Below are positions 28,635-37,753 of a stretch of 64,000 nucleotides of DNA, piece after piece. The translations under genes and the position numbers were made by a program. Location of the stretch: positions 5,436-69,435 of the forward strand of contig JAJRQY010000132.1 of NCBI GenBank assembly GCA_024280015.1, read 5' to 3'. Within the stretch, counting starts at the first letter, position 1, and each line of letters starts with the position of its first letter. Source of the DNA: Actinomycetes bacterium (GTDB taxonomy: Bacteria; Actinomycetota; Acidimicrobiia; Acidimicrobiales; SZUA-35). A model generated the notes under the pieces. The model worked only from the letters and a program-made list of their open reading frames with translations. It did no database searches and had not been told where the DNA came from.

Positions 28635-29516
28635 TTGAGGTCTAGGATCGGGTCGGTGAAACGAACTGTTCTCGCTGCTCTGACGGCATCTGCTGGTGCT
28701 GTCTTTCTTGCCCCTCGTGCCTTCAAGCGGGCGTTTGCTCCGCCTCAACCCGATATTGAACAGACTCCGAGCGACCTTGGCTTGCCGGAGGAGCAGGTTT
28801 GGCTCGTGAGCAAGAAGGGAACGCGGCTGCACTCGTGGTATGTGCCCGTTGAGGGGGAGCGCCCAGCGGTTGTGGTCTTGCATGGTTGGGGTGCGAACTC
28901 GTCCTTGATGCTGCCCTTGGCCCGTCACCTTCACCAGGCTGGGTTTCACGCCCTGTTCTTGGACGCACGAAATCATGGCTTGTCCGAGCATGACGACTTC
29001 ACGTCCATGCCTCGCTTCGCTGAGGACCTTGAAGTTGCCGTGGCCTGGTTGAAGGACCGGCTCGAAGTCACGACCATCGGGGTGATTGGCCATTCGGTCG
29101 GTGCGGCTGCCTCCATCTTGAGTGCTTCTCGCAGCGATGGGTTGTCGGCGGTTGTAGCTGTCTCATCCTTTGCCCACCCCGGTGAGATGATGCATCAGCA
29201 GATGGCGAGTGCCCCGCAGGTCCTCGTCAATGTCATCCTTGGTTTTGTTCAGCGCACCATTGGCTACAAGTTCGATGAATTCGCCCCTCGAGAGCGCATT
29301 GCGTTGATCAAGGTTCCGGTGATGCTGGTGCATGGTGATGAAGATGACGTTGTGCCCGTCGCTGACATGTATGACCTGGCCAAGGCTGACCCGCGGGCGG
29401 AGACCTTGCTGGTGCCCGGCGGTGGCCATCGTGACTTGGCCCCCTATGAGCCCTACGTCGAAGTCATCACCGACTTCTTGACCCGCAGCCTCACCCCAGC
29501 CCAGGCATCTGCTTAA
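28635..29516 (+). CDS. membrane-anchored alpha/beta hydrolase
   Basis: Nucleophile elbow GHSVGAA, acid HGDEDDVV, His in GGGHRD. N-terminal anchor. The start could be TTG 28635 or GTG 28656. Confidence 0.8.
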   Translation: MRSRIGSVKRTVLAALTASAGAVFLAPRAFKRAFAPPQPDIEQTPSDLGLPEEQVWLVSKKGTRLHSWYVPVEGERPAVVVLHGWGANSSLMLPLARHLHQAGFHALFLDARNHGLSEHDDFTSMPRFAEDLEVAVAWLKDRLEVTTIGVIGHSVGAAASILSASRSDGLSAVVAVSSFAHPGEMMHQQMASAPQVLVNVILGFVQRTIGYKFDEFAPRERIALIKVPVMLVHGDEDDVVPVADMYDLAKADPRAETLLVPGGGHRDLAPYEPYVEVITDFLTRSLTPAQASA

Positions 29517-29557
29517 CCTGGGTCCATCTAGCCTGCACCTGTCTAACCTGCGTCTGT

Positions 29558-30664
29558 CTAGTCTGAAGGTACGAGAAGGGCGTCGGGGTGAGTGGCCAGC
29601 CACTCTTGGACGGGGATGGGTTCGGGCTGGTAGTAGTCGGCGGGCATTCGGATCAAACCGGCAGCGGACAAGAAGTAGACCTGCCAGGCGTGGTAGCCCC
29701 GATAGGCCAGCTCATTGTCGGCCATGACCTCGGCGTAGGCGGTGACCGCGTTCACGTATCGGTCCGAGTTGTTGTAGCGGTAGAGAGCTTTCTCGATGTC
29801 GTCAGCGCCTCCAACCCGAACGAGGTAGACACCGGCGCCGATGATTGCGTCCCGGTCTATGGTCGGGTCCCCTTCACAACAGTCAGCCCAAGTTGAAGGA
29901 AGAAACTGCATGGGGCCCGTCGCCCCAGCGGTGGAGAACCCTTCAATCCGGCCCATGCGAGTCTCCACCAGATTGATCGCCGCCAGGTAGTTCCAGGGAA
30001 CGCCGGTTTGGGCCTCGGCCTCTCGGTAGTAGGTCATGAGTTCCTCGACCGGCAATGGCTCACGTAGCTGCCAAGCCGGCAGGGTCTCGGCCAGCTTTGT
30101 ACTCTTCACCAGGGAAGAGAGGGCTTGACGGGCGGCCCAGTTTTGTTGGACTCCAAAGCGCGCGTCCTCCCCGACCGCGGCTATGACAGCATCACCCCAG
30201 TCCGGGTTCTCGGCTAAGACTCGGTAGAGCCGTTGCTGACGTTGACCCCACTGGGATGCCTCGGCATTGTCGATGGAGGGGTTGCGGATGGCCTCTTCGG
30301 CTTTGGTCAGGGCAGCAACGAGATCGGTTTGGGTTTCGGGAATCGGCCGATCAATGATTGGTTGGGACGTCGTTGATGGTGCCTGCGTCGAAGTGGTTGT
30401 CTCGGCCGGGGTGGTGGTCGGTGGTAGGGCGGTTGTTGACTGGGCAGTTGCCGGTAGAGAAGCCGTGGCATCTGACGCTGCCTCCAACATTGAGCTGTCG
30501 GTCCTGGCAGCCTCGTCCCGCAAGGTGACCTCGGAGCAGCCAACCACAATGAGGGTCAGGACTAGACCCGAAACCAGCAAGCGGAGACACCGTGCGCGTC
30601 GGGTATTCGGGAAGAACCTCGGTTGCAGGCTCCCCAGGTTGGGTTGTGATGGAGGGTTATTCAC
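29558..30664 (-). CDS. lytic transglycosylase (SLT-domain) protein with N-terminal anchor and T/P-rich linker
   Basis: GATGPMQFLPSTW and ALYRYNNSDRYV motifs. The longest ORF reaches 30733 but would overlap sseA by 77 nt. GTG 30664 is preferred. Confidence 0.7.
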   Translation of the reverse strand: MNNPPSQPNLGSLQPRFFPNTRRARCLRLLVSGLVLTLIVVGCSEVTLRDEAARTDSSMLEAASDATASLPATAQSTTALPPTTTPAETTTSTQAPSTTSQPIIDRPIPETQTDLVAALTKAEEAIRNPSIDNAEASQWGQRQQRLYRVLAENPDWGDAVIAAVGEDARFGVQQNWAARQALSSLVKSTKLAETLPAWQLREPLPVEELMTYYREAEAQTGVPWNYLAAINLVETRMGRIEGFSTAGATGPMQFLPSTWADCCEGDPTIDRDAIIGAGVYLVRVGGADDIEKALYRYNNSDRYVNAVTAYAEVMADNELAYRGYHAWQVYFLSAAGLIRMPADYYQPEPIPVQEWLATHPDALLVPSD

Positions 30665-31544
30665 CCTCCGATTGTGGTCCAGTCGCGACGGGACGTGAGG
30701 GATCACTGGACCATCCCGACCAGGAGCCGACATAGAGACGTGGTGTGCCTAGCCCGGCGGCCTCGACGGCAAGGAGGTTGTTACAGGCGCTCACTCCTGA
30801 GCCGCAGTAGAAGATGGCGTCCCCGTCAATGTCACTGGCCTCGAACCTGGAGGCGAGTTCCGACTTGGAGAGAAACGATTTCTCTTCGCTCAGATTTTCG
30901 GAGAACGGCAGACTGACGGCGCCAGGGACATGCCCGCCGGTGGGGTCGATGGTCTCGTTCTCCCCGGCATAGCGGTCCGCTCCTCGACTGTCGGCGACTA
31001 CGCCCCCTTTGGCGATGTGGTCAACCACCTGATCAGCGGTGGCCAGGCGATCTTCGGGAATTGCTCGGGGCCAACAGCTGGTGATTTCATACTCTGGCTG
31101 GCTCTGTTCTAGATCGTCGCCCCAGGCTTGGATGCCTCCGTCCAACAATGCTGCAGGCTGCCCGAGTGACCGCAGCATCCACACAAGACGCCCAGCAATC
31201 AGGCCACCCTGATCGTCATAGGCAACAACGGTGGTATCTGGACTGATTCCCACCGCCCCAAGGTTGGCGGCAAAGATCTCCGGATCGGGCAGCGGGTGAC
31301 GACCTTCGTCGATCTCCGGTGGCCCCGAGAAGTCCGAATCCAGATCGAGGAAGACGGCGCCAGGGATATGCCCTTCCAGATAGTTGGATCGGCCGTCACG
31401 GTCATCCAAGTAGGCCCGAGCATCAACCACTGTCACCTGGTCACGGTTCTGTCGTAGCCAGGAGACCGAAACAATCGGGTCGATCGTGTGTGCAGTCATC
31501 TTTTGTCCGGTCGTCTTGTGCTCGGTCGTCTCGTGTCCTGGCAT
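30657..31544 (-). CDS. sseA: 3-mercaptopyruvate/thiosulfate sulfurtransferase (two rhodanese domains)
   Basis: Catalytic loop YCGSGVSA. ATG 31544 lies 2 nt after the NMO stop and is preceded by GGGGAGA. Confidence 0.8.
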   Translation of the reverse strand: MPGHETTEHKTTGQKMTAHTIDPIVSVSWLRQNRDQVTVVDARAYLDDRDGRSNYLEGHIPGAVFLDLDSDFSGPPEIDEGRHPLPDPEIFAANLGAVGISPDTTVVAYDDQGGLIAGRLVWMLRSLGQPAALLDGGIQAWGDDLEQSQPEYEITSCWPRAIPEDRLATADQVVDHIAKGGVVADSRGADRYAGENETIDPTGGHVPGAVSLPFSENLSEEKSFLSKSELASRFEASDIDGDAIFYCGSGVSACNNLLAVEAAGLGTPRLYVGSWSGWSSDPSRPVATGPQSEGE

Positions 31545-31546
31545 AT

Positions 31547-32503
31547 TCAGTCTCCCCGCAGGTACGTTTCGGCCTGATTGCTCAGGACTGAGTAGAACTC
31601 TTGCATACAGCTTTCGATGATTTCGCCAACTGGGGCGACCGAGTCAATCCGCCCCTGGACCTGTCCGGTGAGAGGAATTGCTGCCTCCATGTCACCACCG
31701 AAGTACAACTCTTGTGGATCACCGAAGTTGCCAAACACATTGTGCTCAGCAAATTGTAGGGCCAACGTTCGCTCGGTCTTGAGGGCCCGCAGGGCGGGGG
31801 AGTGACGCTGGTTCAAGAAGACGGTGTCGGTCTCACCGCCGGCGACGATGGCCTGCTTCCAGTTGTCATGCACCGGGCTTTCGGCGGCAGAAACCATGCG
31901 AGTACCCATCTGGATTGCTTCGGCTCCAAGGGCAAAGGCCGCAGCCATGGTTTGTCCGTCCAACATGGCGCCAGCGGCCACAATTGGCACCTGGACCTTG
32001 GATCGAATGAGGGGAAGCAAGACCATGAGGGCAACCGGGTCGGGGTTCTTGAATCCGCCTCCTTCGCCTCCCTCAACCACCAGTCCATCGACTCCGGCTT
32101 CGATGGCCTTCATTGCGCCCCGCAGGGTGGGGACGACGTGGTAGACGGTTAGACCTGCTTCTTTGAGCAGTGCGGTATAGGCCATGGGATTGCCGGCCGA
32201 GGTGGTGACAAACTTGACTCCTTGGTCGATCACAAACTGGACGATGTCGGGATCGCGGACGAAGGCTTGGGCGATGTTGACCCCGAACGGCTTGTCGGTC
32301 AGATCGCCCATCTTGCGGATTTCTTCGCGGATATTATCCAGTTCGCCTGATGAGGTTTCGATGATGCCGAGCCCGCCAGCATTGGAGACGGCCGAGGCCA
32401 ACTGGCTGCGGGCGATCCACCCCATTGGTGCTTGGATGATGGGATAGTCGATGCCGAGCGATTCAGTGATGCGGTTCTTGATCGGTTTCGGGTTCTGGTT
32501 CAC
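31547..32503 (-). CDS. nitronate monooxygenase (NMO/2-nitropropane dioxygenase-like) family protein
   Basis: YPIIQAPMGWIA and GGLGIIE motifs. FMN TIM-barrel length. Confidence 0.85.
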   Translation of the reverse strand: MNQNPKPIKNRITESLGIDYPIIQAPMGWIARSQLASAVSNAGGLGIIETSSGELDNIREEIRKMGDLTDKPFGVNIAQAFVRDPDIVQFVIDQGVKFVTTSAGNPMAYTALLKEAGLTVYHVVPTLRGAMKAIEAGVDGLVVEGGEGGGFKNPDPVALMVLLPLIRSKVQVPIVAAGAMLDGQTMAAAFALGAEAIQMGTRMVSAAESPVHDNWKQAIVAGGETDTVFLNQRHSPALRALKTERTLALQFAEHNVFGNFGDPQELYFGGDMEAAIPLTGQVQGRIDSVAPVGEIIESCMQEFYSVLSNQAETYLRGD

Positions 32504-32528
32504 TCAACGAACCTAGCCCGTTGATCAC

Positions 32529-33380
32529 TTAGGACTGCAACTCCGGGGTGGCGGCGAGGGCGGTGGCGTAGTTTTCTAGCTTGGGCCAGGTGTCGGGTTC
32601 GAAGTACAAGATGACCTGATCAGCGCCCATCTCGTTGGAACGGCCGACTGCCTCGATGAGCTCCTCGATTTCTTGTGGGACCCAGAGCTGGATGGACTTG
32701 GTGATCTCGTCATAGTCACGACCAACGGCCTGGCAATGCTGGCGAAGAACCTGACATTTGTGGACGAAGTTGTCGGTGTCATGGATGCTGCCGAAGTTCC
32801 AATGATCGGCGTGCTTGGCCACAATCCTCAGCATGCGCTTCTCGCCTGAACCGCCAATGGTGAGAGGCATGTGGTCTTGCACGGGGCTGGGAACTAGCCG
32901 TGCCTGGTCCAGTTGGTAGTGCTCGCCTTCATGGGTAACAGTTTCGCCCGCCAGGAGTGACCCGATGATGGTGCAGGCTTCGTCGAAGGCGTCGAGACGA
33001 TGTCCAGGTCGCATCAGGTCAATGCCGTGGTCGGCGTGTTCCCGCTCGTGCCAGCCTGCTCCGAGGCCAAGCTCAAACCGGCCGCCGGAGATGTGGTCAA
33101 TGGTGACAGCCATGCGGGCAAGAAGAGCGGGATGGCGGAACAGGTTATTGGCTACCAGGGTCCCGATTCGGATCCGCTTGGTGATGGTGGCCAGGGACGC
33201 CAATGCGGTGAAGGCCTCATAGGAGTGTGATGAATCGGAGTCAGCGGGGAAGGATGGGTTGTAGAGATGGTCGTTCACCCAGCCCGTTTCGAACAGTTCG
33301 ATCTGGTCGGCCCGTTGCCAGAAGTCGGCCAGGTCGGCCCAGGTCATGGTTTGCAAGGAGGTCTTGAAGGCGAATTTCAT
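32529..33380 (-). CDS. LLM-class (luciferase-like) F420-dependent oxidoreductase
   Basis: GRFELGLGAGW and TIGGSGEKRMLRIVAKHADHWN motifs. Confidence 0.85.
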   Translation of the reverse strand: MKFAFKTSLQTMTWADLADFWQRADQIELFETGWVNDHLYNPSFPADSDSSHSYEAFTALASLATITKRIRIGTLVANNLFRHPALLARMAVTIDHISGGRFELGLGAGWHEREHADHGIDLMRPGHRLDAFDEACTIIGSLLAGETVTHEGEHYQLDQARLVPSPVQDHMPLTIGGSGEKRMLRIVAKHADHWNFGSIHDTDNFVHKCQVLRQHCQAVGRDYDEITKSIQLWVPQEIEELIEAVGRSNEMGADQVILYFEPDTWPKLENYATALAATPELQS

Positions 33381-34168
33381 CTCGAACCTTCCGTGGCTGA
33401 CTGCAGAATTGCGCCCAGGATCGCGTTAGCGAAGGCTTGCGGGTTCTCGGCCATCATCAGGTGGCCTGTGTTGGCGATGGTGGTGTCGGAGGTGGCGAGT
33501 TCTCGAACCCAGTCTGGAACGTTCCAGCCCGTTCGAGAGCGTTCACCGCAGATGAGATGGAAGGGCATGTCAGACTTCAACAGCATTCGTACCAGGCCGA
33601 GGTAGATGTCGGTTGAGGTGGCCGAAACAACGGCGCGGGCTTGGGCTTGAATGGTTGAGGCTGGCTGATTCTCGATCCAGCTCACGGCCAAGGCTTGGGT
33701 CCAATCGTTGAGAGTTACACCAGCATCTTGAATCCAGGCATCGGGGTTCGAGCGGTAGAGATCGATGATTGCTTCGACCTCACTGTCAGGTTTGTCGGCC
33801 AGTTGGGCTGACCAGAACGCATCTTCGATGGTGAAGTTTCCCTCCACGCTGGTGAGAGAGGCGACGAGGTCGGGATAGTCCGCGGCCACCAATACGGCGA
33901 CCGCGCCACCGACCGAATGACCGACCAGATGGACGGGGTCCAGCTTGTTCCGTCGGATGTATTTGACGATGTTCTTGGCCTGGTCACGCAGGGTAAGCCC
34001 GGCGTTGTCCGTGCCGCCCATCGCTGTTTTGTTGACCAGTGATCCGTAGCCGACGAGATCGGGGGCATGAACCGGCGTGTCACCGAACGCACCCAGTATT
34101 CGGTCATCGTGCAGATGGCCGAAGAGGCCGTGGATGAGAACAACAGGTGCGGACGCAGACGAGGGCAT
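33377..34168 (-). CDS. alpha/beta hydrolase
   Basis: VVLIHGLFG and GHSVGGAVA motifs. 4-nt overlap with the LLM gene. The start could be ATG 34168 or ATG 34216. Confidence 0.75.
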   Translation of the reverse strand: MPSSASAPVVLIHGLFGHLHDDRILGAFGDTPVHAPDLVGYGSLVNKTAMGGTDNAGLTLRDQAKNIVKYIRRNKLDPVHLVGHSVGGAVAVLVAADYPDLVASLTSVEGNFTIEDAFWSAQLADKPDSEVEAIIDLYRSNPDAWIQDAGVTLNDWTQALAVSWIENQPASTIQAQARAVVSATSTDIYLGLVRMLLKSDMPFHLICGERSRTGWNVPDWVRELATSDTTIANTGHLMMAENPQAFANAILGAILQSATEGSR

Positions 34169-34216
34169 GGGCGCCCAAGCTACTGCCCAACGTGCGGCGT
34201 GTGACGCACCAACCAT

Positions 34217-34254
34217 GTCGACTTCGCGACCCGCTAGTGGGACGCGAAGTCGAC
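34217..34254. repeat. 38-bp near-perfect palindrome (12-bp perfect outer arms GTCGACTTCGCG/CGCGAAGTCGAC, inner CCCGCTAGTGGG)
   Basis: Read directly from the sequence: 17 of 19 positions pair, with one mismatch and one G-T. It lies in the divergent region between the hydrolase operon and the arrestin-like gene. A second nested inverted repeat follows at 34256-34302. Confidence 0.9.
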
Positions 34255-34320
34255 ACAGAACAAGCAGGGGATTCCGGTGGCTGCTTCAGCCGACCTGTTC
34301 TGATGCCGATAGGTGGAGTC

Positions 34321-35370
34321 ATGGGCGGCCGCTACAGAATCGAGCTTGACCACGAGTCGGTTCACGCCGGGGATGAAATCTCGGGGCGAGTCATCGTCGA
34401 GAAGTCTTTTGACTCCCGACTCCTTACCATCACTCTCTGGAGCGGTAATGCGAATGCCAAGATTGTGCACCAGGGACCTCGCGTCGAGATAGAGCTGCCG
34501 GGTCCGATGTCGCCGGGTGACTCCTTCGGCTTTGGCCTCAGAAGTCCTGTGACAGCCGTACCAACGTTCGCGGACGACAACTGCCTTCATCGGTGGAGTG
34601 TTGTTGGCCACGTGACAGGCCCTTGGATACAAGGCATGGTGATGACGTCAGTCGATATCCATGCCCCCAGTCACGAAGTGGCGATCTCTGATCGCCTCAG
34701 TGACTCCCAGCGATCTGAGCATCGTTTGGCCTGGACCAAGAGACAGGGGAGTCGGCGGAACTTCCTGACGTCACTGCTCTGGTTTGTAGGTTTTTGGGCT
34801 ATCGCTGGCAGCAGTCTTGTCACTTCCGTCGGGCGGGTGGAAGATGTTGTCGCTGGGCGAGAACCGCTTTCTTTGCCGCTTGCCGGCATCGTGCTGGTCG
34901 CTATGTTTGTATTTATAGTCGGCCTTCGTGGGGTCTTGCGAAACACCCGACCTCGCGTGTTGGGAGGGGTGGCAATCTCCGTTGAGCGGTCGGTGGTCGA
35001 GACCGCCTCGGTGGTTGAGGTCCAGGTCTTGAATCCTGAAAGTGTTCCGTGCGCCGTCGGCCTGCGGTGCGTGAAGTGGTACCGAGTTGAATACGACGAA
35101 TCGTCCAGACTCAAGAGTCGGGTGATCCACGAGGAATGGAGATCCGCTGACTCATCGAGTGTGGTTAGATTCAATATTCCCGACGGACCGCCGTCATTTG
35201 TGATGGGGGGAGAGTCGCTCCAGTGGGAGATTCGTCTTGCTGGGGGCGCCACCGAGCGTCGGAGAATGCATAGCGGCTTAGCTGAGCATCTTGTTGTCCT
35301 CTCAAGAGCTAGTGCCCGGGAGCAGGCCCTGCCCAGCCGCCAACACGAGTATCTTGAGGGATCCACCTAG
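34321..35370 (+). CDS. hypothetical membrane protein: two arrestin/Spo0M-like beta-sandwich halves flanking two TM helices
   Basis: ATG 34321 is preceded by AGGTGGAG. The N-terminus YRIELDHESVHAGDEISGRVIV is typical of arrestin-N/Spo0M-like folds. TM helices LLWFVGFWAIAGSSLV and LAGIVLVAMFVFIVGL. The fold call is tentative. Confidence 0.5.
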   Translation: MGGRYRIELDHESVHAGDEISGRVIVEKSFDSRLLTITLWSGNANAKIVHQGPRVEIELPGPMSPGDSFGFGLRSPVTAVPTFADDNCLHRWSVVGHVTGPWIQGMVMTSVDIHAPSHEVAISDRLSDSQRSEHRLAWTKRQGSRRNFLTSLLWFVGFWAIAGSSLVTSVGRVEDVVAGREPLSLPLAGIVLVAMFVFIVGLRGVLRNTRPRVLGGVAISVERSVVETASVVEVQVLNPESVPCAVGLRCVKWYRVEYDESSRLKSRVIHEEWRSADSSSVVRFNIPDGPPSFVMGGESLQWEIRLAGGATERRRMHSGLAEHLVVLSRASAREQALPSRQHEYLEGST

Positions 35371-35395
35371 TCGAAACGAAGGCAGAGGCAACATC

Positions 35396-37495
35396 ATGAC
35401 GACGGAGACCGTGGTTGGGGCCTGTCCGCTGGATTGTCCTGACGCCTGCTCATGGGTTGTCACCGTGCAAGACGGGGTGGCGGTCAAGTTGCGGGGTAAT
35501 CCCGAACACCCTCATACGGCCAAGGGACTCTGCGTCAAGGTCAACCCATACCTGGAATACACCCGCCACCCCGACCGACTCATGACCCCGCTTCGTCGTA
35601 TTGGAGCCAAAGGTGAAGGACGCTTTGAAGCCATTAGTTGGGACGAAGCCCTGACCGAAATCGCTACCCGGCTCACCGGCGTCATCGACGAATTTGGAGC
35701 CGAAGCAATTTGGCCATACCTCGGCGCAGGAACAATCGGCTACATCCAGGGCATTGGTGGGGCAGGCAAGCGACTTTTTCACGCCCTTGGAGCCAGTCGA
35801 CATAGCGCCAACATTTGCTCGGCTGCCGCCTATCCGGGTCTGGGCTACACCTCGGGGCGAGGCTCATCCATGGACCCAATGGACATGGCTCACGCCCAGA
35901 CCATCCTCATCTGGGGCGCCAATACCGTGTCCACCAACCAACATTTGTGGCCCTTCATTCGTCGAGCCCAGCAGGACGGAGCCACCATCGTAGTTGTTGA
36001 TCCGGTCGCCACCCGAACCGCCCGGCGGGCTGATAGTCACCTGGCCATCCGCCCCGGAACCGACGCGGCGCTGGCCTTGGGAATCATGGCCCACCTGGTC
36101 GAAACGGACAGGCTTGATGCTGGGCTGGATGACGCCATTGGCTGGCCAGACTTTCGGGATCAGGTGCTCACCGAGTGGAGCGCACAGCGGGCAGCAGACG
36201 TCTGCGATATCCCGGCCAGCCAGATCACTGAAGTGGCGGAACTACTAGCAAGGAGCGGACCGACCGCCATCCGTCTTGGCATGGGCATGCAACGCCATGC
36301 CGCCGGAGGCCAAGCTGCTCGGATCATCTCCTGCTTGCCCGTCCTCACCGGCAACTATCACCGGTTTGGTGGTGGCCTGTGCTACTCGACTGGGCCGCTG
36401 TACCCCATCAACTCTGACAAGCTGAACCGGCCCGATCTGTCTCCCCATCCGACCAGACGCCTGGCCATGACCCGTCTAGGTGAAGCCCTACTGGATCTGG
36501 ATGATCCACCAGTCAAGGCGCTGGTCGTCGTTGCCGCCAACCCGCTGTCATCCAACCCCGATCAGAACCGAGTACGACAAGCTTTGGCACAGGATGACCT
36601 GTTCTGTGTGGTCATCGACAACTTTGCCACCGACACTGTTGACTACGCCGACATTGTGTTGCCGTCAACCATGCAGACCGAGCACCTGGACATCCACGAC
36701 TCGGTTTCGCACCTCTTTCTCAATCTGAACAATCCGGTCAGCGAACCACCGGGAGAGTGTCTGAGCCACACCGAAATCTTTCGACGACTTGCTGCGGCCA
36801 TGGGACAAACCGAACCGGCATTGTTTGCTAGCGACGAAGAATTGCTGGCCGATGCCTTGCACACCGAACACCCAGCCCTGGCCGGTATCGATATCGCCGA
36901 GCTTCGACGAACGGGCTTTGTTCGATTGAACTACCCCGAACCATTCATCCGTTTCGCCAATGGGTTCGACACACCGTCTGGTCGCTTCGAGTTTGCTTCC
37001 GATGAGGCCGAACAGAACGGTGATGGTCGCCTGCCTCACTATGTGCCACCAAAGGAAGCCACCTCGCCTCAGCGCGGAGCGAGCTCTGATTCAGCCAATC
37101 AGTCGCTGGCTTTGGTCGCTGCGGCCAACCACTTCTTGATGAATTCCATGTTCGCCAACTCACCAGACCACGTCCGGGCCGGAGCCCAGACTATTGCCAT
37201 CCACCCAGCCGATGCAGTCGAGCGGGGCCTGGAAGCAGGCATCTTGGTGCGCGTCCACAACGATCGGGGCGAGTTCACTGCGGTGCTGGAAATCTCTGAC
37301 CGCACTCGGCGAGGGGTCGCCACCTCTACCAAGGGTCAATGGCCCAAGTTAGTCGGTGGTTCGACGGTGAACGCCACCACCCTGGAGACAGATGCCGACA
37401 TGGGACGAGGCGCCATCTTCCATGACAACCAGGTCTTTCTCACCTCGCTTGGCCCAGCTATGGGGCAGCAATTCACTTCGGAGGCAACCCGATGA
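35396..37495 (+). CDS. molybdopterin (bis-MGD) oxidoreductase, DMSO-reductase superfamily, substrate unknown
   Basis: N-terminal 4Fe-4S motif CPLDCPDACS. ILIWGANTVSTNQH. C-terminal molydopterin dinucleotide-binding domain. 699 aa from ATG 35396. Confidence 0.9.
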   Translation: MTTETVVGACPLDCPDACSWVVTVQDGVAVKLRGNPEHPHTAKGLCVKVNPYLEYTRHPDRLMTPLRRIGAKGEGRFEAISWDEALTEIATRLTGVIDEFGAEAIWPYLGAGTIGYIQGIGGAGKRLFHALGASRHSANICSAAAYPGLGYTSGRGSSMDPMDMAHAQTILIWGANTVSTNQHLWPFIRRAQQDGATIVVVDPVATRTARRADSHLAIRPGTDAALALGIMAHLVETDRLDAGLDDAIGWPDFRDQVLTEWSAQRAADVCDIPASQITEVAELLARSGPTAIRLGMGMQRHAAGGQAARIISCLPVLTGNYHRFGGGLCYSTGPLYPINSDKLNRPDLSPHPTRRLAMTRLGEALLDLDDPPVKALVVVAANPLSSNPDQNRVRQALAQDDLFCVVIDNFATDTVDYADIVLPSTMQTEHLDIHDSVSHLFLNLNNPVSEPPGECLSHTEIFRRLAAAMGQTEPALFASDEELLADALHTEHPALAGIDIAELRRTGFVRLNYPEPFIRFANGFDTPSGRFEFASDEAEQNGDGRLPHYVPPKEATSPQRGASSDSANQSLALVAAANHFLMNSMFANSPDHVRAGAQTIAIHPADAVERGLEAGILVRVHNDRGEFTAVLEISDRTRRGVATSTKGQWPKLVGGSTVNATTLETDADMGRGAIFHDNQVFLTSLGPAMGQQFTSEATR

Positions 37496-37701
37496 GCGGA
37501 AGGTTCGAGCCGCGACCGACACGCTTCGCTCCGATCCCCGCCGGGGGTTCGACTGCTTGTGTCTGGGAGCTGCGCATTCATGGATTCGAGCGGGACTCAT
37601 TCGTCACCCATGTCCTGGACCCAGTCGGCGGCCCTGATCTTGGTGCCTACCTGGCTGATGCTCTTCCCGACTCGCCGACGATAGCAAGCGGCAGTTGCTG
37701 A
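37492..37701 (+). CDS. possible small protein translationally coupled to the Mo-oxidoreductase
   Basis: ATGA overlap with the upstream stop. 69 aa. No family recognised. Could be spurious. Confidence 0.3.
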   Translation: MSGRFEPRPTRFAPIPAGGSTACVWELRIHGFERDSFVTHVLDPVGGPDLGAYLADALPDSPTIASGSC

Positions 37702-37753
37702 CCTCCGTGGTCCCACCAGTAACGTAGTAACTGGTCACGAGGAGGCCAAGACG

